A program made the position numbers and the translations under genes. Under the pieces are notes generated by a model. That model ran no database searches, had not been told where the DNA came from, and worked only from the letters and a program-made list of their open reading frames with translations. A stretch of 35,025 nt of DNA from a virus. The first letter of the stretch is position 1, and every line of letters starts with the position of its first letter. Location: the IMG/VR virus record IMGVR_UViG_3300042887_000633. One strand, given 5' to 3'. Of this stretch, positions 16,741 through 23,950 are shown piece after piece.

Positions 16741-16893
16741 ATGAACAACATGACACTAGATCAGGCACTCAATAACCTCTATAACGCAGCACGCATGGCT
16801 CCGCTAAATGCAGAGCAGCACGAACTGATCCGCAAGTGCGCGGAGCAGATCGCGGAGGCACTCAAACCGAAGGAAGAACCAAAGGGCGACTAG
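16741..16893 (+). CDS. Small hypothetical protein (50 aa, below the ORF-track cutoff)
   Basis: ATG 16741 to TAG 16891-16893 encodes MNNMTLDQALNNLYNAARMAPLNAEQHELIRKCAEQIAEALKPKEEPKGD. It fills the gap between neighbouring genes exactly. Confidence 0.45.
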   Translation: MNNMTLDQALNNLYNAARMAPLNAEQHELIRKCAEQIAEALKPKEEPKGD

Positions 16894-16894
16894 C

Positions 16895-17431
16895 ATGAGT
16901 GGCACGAAGGACACGAATTGGAAAAGCTACTGCGGCCCCGAATATGATGGGCGCATAATCGGGCCAGACAACTGGCAAGCTCCGGCTGTTCCTTCGGACT
17001 ACGACGATCTGTTCAAATGCTCAGACGTGAATGTGCTGAACGTAGTCGATCTGGATATCCCAGACGGCTCGCAGGAGGACGCGATTGATTGCGTGCGCGG
17101 ATCGCTTTATACTTTCAGCAACTGCAAGGTGCGCGGATCGGTTACGGTGAAAGGCAGTATTAACGGCTGGACGCTGCAAGACTCGCTGGCCGATGGCTTG
17201 TTAGAGTTTGGGCAGTATGACAATTACTGGTATGCTGGCCGGCCACCGACGCAGGAGATCAAGATTAAGAACTGCACTTCGTCGAGTGGCGGCAAGATCA
17301 CGATCAGGCTTTGGGATGCAACTTATCCTTTCGTCTGCAATACTCGGCATCGCGTGCAGCGCGTGCCTAAGTTTATTTGGTTTCCGTATTTCTGCTTCCG
17401 TAAACTTCAACAAGCAATCTTTGGCATTTAA
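16895..17431 (+). CDS. Hypothetical protein
   Basis: 178 aa. It contains 9 Cys and many aromatic residues. SQEDAIDCVRGS...NCKVRGSVTVKGS is faintly beta-helix-like. No confident family assignment. Confidence 0.45.
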   Translation: MSGTKDTNWKSYCGPEYDGRIIGPDNWQAPAVPSDYDDLFKCSDVNVLNVVDLDIPDGSQEDAIDCVRGSLYTFSNCKVRGSVTVKGSINGWTLQDSLADGLLEFGQYDNYWYAGRPPTQEIKIKNCTSSSGGKITIRLWDATYPFVCNTRHRVQRVPKFIWFPYFCFRKLQQAIFGI

Positions 17432-17436
17432 CTACC

Positions 17437-17835
17437 ATGCTTGACCTATTCACAAACGCACTCGGCGGTGGCGCACTCGGCGTCTTGCTCCGCATCGGCA
17501 ACGGCTTTTTCGAGAACTACAAAGCTGGGCAGGATCATAAGCGCGAGCTAGAGAAGGCTACGGTCATGGCTGGGATCGCCAGCGACAAGGCCAAGTGGGA
17601 TGCGTTCACGGCAAGTCAACAGGCGGCGACTCCTCCGGCTAACGTCTCACCGTGGGCGGCTAATGTTATCACGCTCTTTCGACCCGCGATCACGTTGCTA
17701 CTGCTGATACTCGTGACGCTTGTTTTCTTCCGCGTTACCGCACTTGAGCAAGCCGAGATGATCGACGAGATTCAGTTCTGCGCTTTCAACTGTATCGGGT
17801 GGTGGTTCGGTGATCGGATGAGCCGTAAGAAATAA
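17437..17835 (+). CDS. Membrane protein, possible holin (GTA-type 3-TM holin-like)
   Basis: 132 aa. There is a strong TM helix, ITLLLLILVTLVFF, with weaker hydrophobic segments at the N-terminus (ALGGGALGVLL) and the C-terminus (FCAFNCIGWWFG). The C-terminus is basic (RMSRKK). Confidence 0.4.
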   Translation: MLDLFTNALGGGALGVLLRIGNGFFENYKAGQDHKRELEKATVMAGIASDKAKWDAFTASQQAATPPANVSPWAANVITLFRPAITLLLLILVTLVFFRVTALEQAEMIDEIQFCAFNCIGWWFGDRMSRKK

Positions 17836-17918
17836 TTCACATGAACGGCCCATTTGATGAGGATGAGGACGACGAGGACGAGCAGGAACTCATTATCGTT
17901 TAACCGCGCCGCAGCGGA

Positions 17919-18941
17919 TTAAACCTTGATGTTGCTGACCACGAACTCGCCGGAAGCACTCAGCGTGACTTCGGCGTAACCGTGCGACCAGCGATTGTAT
18001 CGCGAATACATCGGGTGCAGATCGCACAAGCAACCAAGTGACCACGTTGCAATCGACTTGCCGCGAACGTCATTCTCGACGTGTTCGCTAACTTGATGGT
18101 GATGGTTCACGAGCGAGGACGCTTTCGTTCGCATGAATAATCCACGCGCTGCGTTGACTGGGCCGATCATCGGCGTCGGGTATTCGTGACCGTGCAGCAC
18201 CGTAAGGTTGCCGAGATAGATCGCACGCTTCTCATTAACGTAATCGAAACGACGTTCCTTGAGTTGCAGCAGTTCCGTAAGCGTGATAATCTTCAGATCG
18301 TAAATCTCAGGCGCGGCGCTCATCACATAATGATCGAGACGTTCCTCGTGGTTGCCGTCCTTCCAAATCTTTTTTGCTTTGGGATAACGCTCATCGAGCG
18401 CGTCCAAGAAATCATTCGTTGTCTCGATCTCTTTTTTAACAGATCGACAGCGCGGGTCTTTCATAAAGCGCGACAACTTATAAAAGTCGATTGTGTCGCC
18501 GTTCAAAATAATCAAGTCCGGCTTTAGCTTATCGAGCCGAGCGAACACGTTACGCAGCGCCTTGACTGAATGATACGGCAAGTGAATGTCGCCAAGCACG
18601 GCGATCTTCGCGTCACGATTTAATTCGTTCTTAACGATGTGCGGAATGAAATCCGATTCATCCGAAGGCGGGATGAAATGCGATGGCTCTGACTTCTCAA
18701 CGAATTTATTAGACCTTACAGCTTTGGCTAAATTGTTCGCACCTTGTTTGCCGCGCAGATACCTGATGCTGGTTCGCACGTTCTCCAATTTTGATTTGAG
18801 CCAGACATCGGGATTATCAGCGATCAATTTTCGCGCAATCGTGCGGCTTGGCAGATCATTCCATTTTAACAGCGCGTCTCTTATTATCTTGGATTCGATT
18901 TCTTGCATAAGAAAGGCAGAGCGTTTTTTGCGCTCTGCCAT
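17919..18941 (-). CDS. Calcineurin-like metallophosphoesterase with an N-terminal HTH-like domain
   Basis: 340 aa, and the only minus-strand gene. All metallophosphoesterase motifs are present in order: VLGDIHLPYH, LNGDTIDF, DGNHEERL, VLHGHE and VNHHHQ. The N-terminal 100 aa or so include LPSRTIARKLIADNP. Confidence 0.8.
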   Translation of the reverse strand: MAERKKRSAFLMQEIESKIIRDALLKWNDLPSRTIARKLIADNPDVWLKSKLENVRTSIRYLRGKQGANNLAKAVRSNKFVEKSEPSHFIPPSDESDFIPHIVKNELNRDAKIAVLGDIHLPYHSVKALRNVFARLDKLKPDLIILNGDTIDFYKLSRFMKDPRCRSVKKEIETTNDFLDALDERYPKAKKIWKDGNHEERLDHYVMSAAPEIYDLKIITLTELLQLKERRFDYVNEKRAIYLGNLTVLHGHEYPTPMIGPVNAARGLFMRTKASSLVNHHHQVSEHVENDVRGKSIATWSLGCLCDLHPMYSRYNRWSHGYAEVTLSASGEFVVSNIKV

Positions 18942-18972
18942 AAAGATTGACTGCCCATGAAGCGTTTCGCGG

Positions 18973-19033
18973 GTCTCAGTTGCCGCGTGTCCATCTTTAT
19001 AATAGTTCGGATGTTAAATTTGACAACTGAGAC
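18973..19033. promoter_or_regulatory. Perfect 10-bp inverted repeat flanking AT-rich promoter-like sequence in a divergent intergenic region
   Basis: GTCTCAGTTG (18973-18982) and CAACTGAGAC (19024-19033) are separated by 41 nt. The spacer contains tttataat and TAAATTTG (19015-19022). Confidence 0.5.
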
Positions 19034-19041
19034 GCTTTACG

Positions 19042-20010
19042 ATGACCCCGATCATTTCATTTGCTGCCGTTGCGGATTCCAAGATTGATTCCGAGAACGG
19101 CATTATCCGTGGCGTTTCGCTTATTACCGTCGGCCCAGCCCTCGGTCATGGCGTCGCGATTGATCGCAAGACGCTTGAGCAAGTCAAGACCGCTGCCGAG
19201 TTATATACCGGCGGTCTTAAGGTGAAGCTCGATCACTCCGGCGGTGCGGGTGATATCATCGGCTACATCGACACGATGCGAATCGAGGGCGACAAGTTGC
19301 TGGGCGATTTGCACTTACTGCAAAGCTCGCCGCACCGCACCTACATCCTCGAAATTGCACAGCGCATTCCCGACACGTTCGGACTATCGATTGCGTTCTC
19401 CGGCCCAAGTGAAGTCGGCGCGGATAAGAAAACCATTTTGCAGCGTTGCTCTGAGATTTACTCCGTAGACCTCGTGAGCGAACCCGCTGCCAATCCAGAC
19501 GGATTCTTCAGTCGCAAACTCAAGGAACTTGAGAGCGTGATGCCGAAGAACGAACCGTCTGGCACTCCACAATACAATAATCCTATGAATGAAGATGATA
19601 AAAAGTCCATCGGTGGCATGATTGAATCTGCTATGATGGCGATGAATGATCGCCTTTCCAAGCTGGAAAGCGCAATGGCTCCTGCCGCTAAGGTTGAAGC
19701 CGATGATGAGAAGGTCGCTGAAATGAAAGCGAAGAACGACATGATCACGAACGCCGCCAACGAAGGTGCGCTCGCGGCCATCCGTGAATTTAGCAAACAG
19801 TTCGGCGCTCCTGCTGCTCCTGTTGCTTCCGCTGAAGCTGTTAAACCAGCCGATGCAGTCAAACGCAGCTTCGAGCAAATCGTCGCTGACAAATCCGTTG
19901 AGCTGAAGGGCAACAAGTCTGCTGCCATTTCGTTCGCGGTTAAAAACCATTCTGCCGAATACACCGACTATCGCGCCCGCGTTCAGTCTGGCGAAATCGT
20001 CAAACTCTAA
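19042..20010 (+). CDS. Prohead serine protease (HK97 / S78 type) fused to a scaffold-like C-terminal region
   Basis: 322 aa. VKLDHSGGAGDIIGYI (His), GLSIAFSG (Ser) and IYSVDLVSEPAANP fit the S78 pattern. The C-terminal half is helical and Ala/Lys/Glu-rich, like a scaffold. Confidence 0.75.
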   Translation: MTPIISFAAVADSKIDSENGIIRGVSLITVGPALGHGVAIDRKTLEQVKTAAELYTGGLKVKLDHSGGAGDIIGYIDTMRIEGDKLLGDLHLLQSSPHRTYILEIAQRIPDTFGLSIAFSGPSEVGADKKTILQRCSEIYSVDLVSEPAANPDGFFSRKLKELESVMPKNEPSGTPQYNNPMNEDDKKSIGGMIESAMMAMNDRLSKLESAMAPAAKVEADDEKVAEMKAKNDMITNAANEGALAAIREFSKQFGAPAAPVASAEAVKPADAVKRSFEQIVADKSVELKGNKSAAISFAVKNHSAEYTDYRARVQSGEIVKL

Positions 20011-20022
20011 TCCTAAACTAAT

Positions 20023-20373
20023 ATGTCTACCCAATATCTTAACAGCGGCACGTTTCTGGCTAACTCAGCCTTGACCGCTTTCCGTCTCGTGACGATCTCC
20101 AGCAACCTCGGCGTTGGCCTTTGCGCTACCGGCGGTGTTGTTGACGGCGTTACTCAAATCGACGCAGCTTCCGGCGACTACGTCACCGTTGGCTTCCTCG
20201 GTAACAATACCATTAAAGCTGCTTTGCTCGCTGGCCCAGTAACGGTCGGCAACACTTTGTTTGCTGTCGCTGGTGGCCTCGTTGCCATCACTGGCACGGT
20301 CACTGTTGGCAAATCGCTTAGCACCGCGTCTGACGCGAATGCCGTGGTTGAAATCCTTCCTCGTAACCTTTAA
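20023..20373 (+). CDS. Head decoration / cement protein (DUF2190-like)
   Basis: 116 aa, Gly/Val/Ala-rich and beta-type (VDGVTQIDAASGDYVTVGFLG...GNTLFAVAGGLVA). It lies between the protease and the capsid gene. Confidence 0.55.
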   Translation: MSTQYLNSGTFLANSALTAFRLVTISSNLGVGLCATGGVVDGVTQIDAASGDYVTVGFLGNNTIKAALLAGPVTVGNTLFAVAGGLVAITGTVTVGKSLSTASDANAVVEILPRNL

Positions 20374-20386
20374 TTTATAAACTACC

Positions 20387-21352
20387 ATGTATAGTAATTC
20401 TGCTGCAGTATTTCGTGGCGACATCGCCGGTGTTCTTGAACAAGCCAAGGATTTTGAATCCGGCTTGATCGGGGCAAAGATCATGCCGGTGCTGAACGTT
20501 CCTGTTCGCGCCGGTCAATATCCTTCTTTCCAACTCAAAGAAGGTCAGTTGCTCAAGAGCGACATCAAACAGCGTGCGGTCGGTGCATCTTACGCTCGCA
20601 TGACGAACTCTTACAATCAAGAAACCTATCAATGCCAAGAATTCGGTGTGGAAAATCCTATAGACGATACGGTGAGTTTGGACGTATCGAGATTTTTCGA
20701 CGCCGAGGTCATGGCCGCTAAACTTGCCCAGCGCAAGTTGATGCTTGGCCACGAGCTTCGTGTTGCTGCGAAGATTTTCGACTCCGGCACGTTTACCGCG
20801 ACCAATTCTGGCACGGCTTACACGACCGCCAACTTAGCCACGTTCGACGTGGGCCTCGATGTGCAAGATGCCATTGACCGCTTGCTCGCCAAGGGTGAGT
20901 CGGCGTCTAACCTAAAGGTCGTCATTCCTTACCCAGTATGGACGCGCATTCGTGCTAGCACGAAGTTCCAGAACCGTTTACGCGGCGCTGGCATTTCGAG
21001 CGACACGATCTTGAACGCTTCGACACAGGCTGCGGCTGATGTGTTCGGCGTGCAAGAGGTGCTGGTCGGTCGCGCCTCCTATGACTCGGCTCCTGAAGGT
21101 GTGGCGTTCGCTGCCGCTAATGCGTGGGCGAATACCTACATCTTCGTGGGTTCAGTCTCCGAGGGCAGCGCGGGTTACTTTGGCGGCGGCGCTGGGTTTA
21201 CCTTGAACTGGTCGGAGTATGGCCCTGCGTTTGGTGTTAGCACCTACCGCGAGGAGTCGATCAAATCGAACATCGTGCGCGCTTCGCAATATGTTGCCGA
21301 GAAAATCGTCAATCCCAATGCCGGTCAGCTTGTCACCACTCAATACGCTTAA
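20387..21352 (+). CDS. Major capsid protein (HK97 fold inferred)
   Basis: 321 aa. It follows the protease-scaffold and decoration genes and is followed by a strong terminator. Its size and composition are typical of a capsid protein. Confidence 0.75.
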   Translation: MYSNSAAVFRGDIAGVLEQAKDFESGLIGAKIMPVLNVPVRAGQYPSFQLKEGQLLKSDIKQRAVGASYARMTNSYNQETYQCQEFGVENPIDDTVSLDVSRFFDAEVMAAKLAQRKLMLGHELRVAAKIFDSGTFTATNSGTAYTTANLATFDVGLDVQDAIDRLLAKGESASNLKVVIPYPVWTRIRASTKFQNRLRGAGISSDTILNASTQAAADVFGVQEVLVGRASYDSAPEGVAFAAANAWANTYIFVGSVSEGSAGYFGGGAGFTLNWSEYGPAFGVSTYREESIKSNIVRASQYVAEKIVNPNAGQLVTTQYA

Positions 21353-21377
21353 TTTATTAAATTAAATTGGTGAACAG

Positions 21378-21413
21378 AGCCTCACGCTTAACTGCGTGGG
21401 GCTTTCTGTTTTT
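21378..21413 (+). terminator. Rho-independent terminator after the capsid gene
   Basis: Stem agcctcacgc / gcgtggggct (10 bp, one G-U pair), loop ttaact, then ttctgttttt. Confidence 0.65.
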
Positions 21414-21432
21414 GACGGTTCGCTGATACCTC

Positions 21433-22953
21433 ATGCGCCTATCACTCTGCGTTATTTGTGGCAACGAATCGGAACACATCCTGCAAATGCTCAATTCGTT
21501 TGAGCCGATCTTCGATGAGCTATCGCTCGTGCGAGCTATCGGCGGTCAAGAGCCGGACGACACCGTGGATAAGGCGCGTGCGTGGTGCGGCGAGAACGGC
21601 AAGGATTTCCTGTTCAGCGAATACATTAACACTCTGACCGCGCAGAAATGGCCGCACGTTGATTCGTTCTCGGACGCTCGCAATGCGGCGTTTGCTCAAG
21701 GCACAGGCGACTGGCTTTTGTGGGCTGACTGCGACGATCTGATCGAGGGGACGAGTATGTTCCGCGAATCGCTTAAAAGCGCCAAGGACGACGTTCTAAT
21801 GGCACGCTGTCCTTACGATGTGAGAGGCTCAAACAAGAAGCTGCTCCGCGAGCGCGTAATCCGGCGATCAACCTTTGAGGCCGGACGCCGCTGGCATCAC
21901 GACGTTCACGAGAACCTGCTTCTTCTGGCTAACGATAAGCACGAGGACTGGCAGCAGCCGGTTTGGATTCACTCGCCCAAAGTGATTAAGCGAGCGAACC
22001 GCAAGCGGAACTTGAAGATTCTGGGCAAGTCGGTCGCGGAATCGGCAACGCAATACTTTTACATTCACCAAGAACATTACTGCGACGGCAACCGACCGGC
22101 GGCAGAGCAGTTCGGCAAGATCGCGATCTCGTTCCCAAATCTGGAAAGCTCGTTCCGTTACGAGGTGCTACTTAATCTGGCGCGTATTTCCGGCATCAAC
22201 CGCGAGGCGATGCAATACGCTTTGCAAGCGCACGGCGTCTTTCCTTGGTGTCGCGAGGCGATTGCGACGATGATCCTATTGCATTTTGAGAGGCAGGATG
22301 CCAAGCGTGCGTCTTACTGGGCTGAGACTATGCTCAAGCTCGATGTGCCAAGCGTCGCGGATCGACCGTGGACGCACGAGCGCAAATGGTATGACTGGGC
22401 TGGCTGGGATTTGGCAGCGCGTGCGGCGAGGCTTTCCGGCTTTACGACGCTCGCTGAGATACGCCAAATGCATTGCCATAAAACAGAGGAGCCAACGATC
22501 ACGCTCCTGCACGCGACCAAGGACAACACCTCAAACGCGGTGGCTTGCCGTGACGCTTGGTTAAATGCCGCGACCGATCCGGCGCACGTTGAGCATATCT
22601 TTGCGATCAACTCGGACGACGAAACCAGCACGGTGATGGTCAAGCAATTCCAGCACGTTAATGTGAAAGGAACTCTCGACGACGCGCTCAATTCAGCCAG
22701 CAAGAAAGCGCGTGGGAATCTACTGATCGAGGTGCGGGATAACTACACGCCAGCGTTGCAATGGGATTCAAAACTTTTTGATTTGATCTCAGGTCGTGAC
22801 CTCAATTCAACGCCGTTAAGGATCAAGATCAAGGAAGTCGATCAGCGCATAATTTCACGCGCACAGTATCGAGCGCAAGCCGAGGTATTCACCGCATCGG
22901 AGCCGGACTGCGAGGTCTTGGAGGCGGTGGAAAGGATCACGCTCATCCGATGA
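21433..22953 (+). CDS. Family-2 (GT-A) glycosyltransferase with a TPR-like middle region and a second GT-like C-terminal domain
   Basis: 506 aa. LSLCVICGNESEHILQMLNS, WPHVDSFSDARNAAFAQGTGDWLLWADCDDLI (DxD) match the pattern LCMIVKNEE...W.dDFs.ARN...DADE. The C-terminal segment ITLLHATKDN...IFAINSDDE looks like a second nucleotide-sugar-binding domain. Confidence 0.7.
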   Translation: MRLSLCVICGNESEHILQMLNSFEPIFDELSLVRAIGGQEPDDTVDKARAWCGENGKDFLFSEYINTLTAQKWPHVDSFSDARNAAFAQGTGDWLLWADCDDLIEGTSMFRESLKSAKDDVLMARCPYDVRGSNKKLLRERVIRRSTFEAGRRWHHDVHENLLLLANDKHEDWQQPVWIHSPKVIKRANRKRNLKILGKSVAESATQYFYIHQEHYCDGNRPAAEQFGKIAISFPNLESSFRYEVLLNLARISGINREAMQYALQAHGVFPWCREAIATMILLHFERQDAKRASYWAETMLKLDVPSVADRPWTHERKWYDWAGWDLAARAARLSGFTTLAEIRQMHCHKTEEPTITLLHATKDNTSNAVACRDAWLNAATDPAHVEHIFAINSDDETSTVMVKQFQHVNVKGTLDDALNSASKKARGNLLIEVRDNYTPALQWDSKLFDLISGRDLNSTPLRIKIKEVDQRIISRAQYRAQAEVFTASEPDCEVLEAVERITLIR

Positions 22954-23633
22954 AAGCGATTGTGATTTGCACGACGCACGGCAAGTGCTTGCCGGTCATG
23001 CTGGCCTCAATCTCGGAATACGTTCCGCGTGATGTGGTGGTTTATATCGCTGGCTCAGACTTGAAGTTGCCGAATCACCAGACGATTAACCTGCCGAATG
23101 ACGCACGCAATTTTGGCGATGCTTACAACGCGGCGGCAGCGATTGCGTTTGCACGCTTCGATGAAATCGTGATTGCAAATGACGACATTGTTTTAACTCC
23201 AACTACATGGAGGACACTTGCTTGCGATGTTTCTTTCATTAAAGAAAAGTTTGGCGATCACGGCATCGTTGCTTGTCGATCTGATTACGCAAGAGGCACG
23301 CAGAACATACGCTGCGGAATCGGTAAGATTAACTTTTTGAGATACGAATCGGAGGCTCAAATAATTGTCACGGATGTCATCGCGCCGATCTTCGCGCAGG
23401 TTACCCGCAGCGCGTGGGTAGATTTCCCGCCGATCAACTGGTTCTCGGACGACGTGCAATGCTTAGACATGAAACGGAATCACTATATTTCTCGCGCTTA
23501 CGTTCATCACGTTGGGTCGCAGACTTGCGGCGATGATGTCAAAAAATGCTTAGACGATGCCGAGCCGTGGATCAAAGCGAATCGCCCAGAATTGCACGCG
23601 AAGTGGTTTCTTACAAACGGAGCAGTTATATGA
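22950..23633 (+). CDS. Glycosyltransferase-like protein (GT-A fold, DxD)
   Basis: 227 aa, ATGA-coupled. MKAIVICTTHGKCLPVMLASI ... NFGDAYNAAAAIA ... IVIANDDIVL is the typical GT2 N-terminal layout. Confidence 0.55.
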   Translation: MKAIVICTTHGKCLPVMLASISEYVPRDVVVYIAGSDLKLPNHQTINLPNDARNFGDAYNAAAAIAFARFDEIVIANDDIVLTPTTWRTLACDVSFIKEKFGDHGIVACRSDYARGTQNIRCGIGKINFLRYESEAQIIVTDVIAPIFAQVTRSAWVDFPPINWFSDDVQCLDMKRNHYISRAYVHHVGSQTCGDDVKKCLDDAEPWIKANRPELHAKWFLTNGAVI

Positions 23634-23950
23634 GCAGCGTCCGAGACTTCGATCCTACCCAGCTTGCCGCAGACTATCTTGGCATCCTCGATCAAGCTGG
23701 TATTACGTTCACTTACCAAGGCAACACGGTGACCGGCATCTGGTCGTCGGCTCGCAATGCGTTTGATGACTTCGAGGATCAGCGTCGTGCAGATTCTAAG
23801 TTCACGATTTTCTTAACGACTGACCAAATTGCAACGACTCCGGCGGTGTCGCAGACCTTGCTGCGTTCCGGCGTGACTTACTTTGTCGAGCGCGTGACGT
23901 TAGACGCCGAGGGGACTGGTTGTGAAATTGACGTGTGCAAAAATATATGA
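23630..23950 (+). CDS. Head-tail connector (gpFII / head-closure position)
   Basis: ATG 23630 overlaps the upstream stop as ATGA. 106 aa. It is the first gene of the connector and tail block. The segment SKFTIFLTTDQ...GVTYFVERVTLDAEG is like head-tail joining proteins. Confidence 0.45.
   Translation: MSSVRDFDPTQLAADYLGILDQAGITFTYQGNTVTGIWSSARNAFDDFEDQRRADSKFTIFLTTDQIATTPAVSQTLLRSGVTYFVERVTLDAEGTGCEIDVCKNI

Noticed and set aside
17840-17902. 20-codon hyper-acidic mini-ORF (MNGPFDEDEDDEDEQELIIV) between the holin-like gene and the convergent metallophosphoesterase gene, followed by a 9-bp bulged hairpin (17899-17923)
   Set aside because: The ORF is too short to support as a gene and has no SD. 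The hairpin has no U-tract on either strand, so I do not call it a terminator. The two are recorded only as a curiosity at a convergent gene junction.
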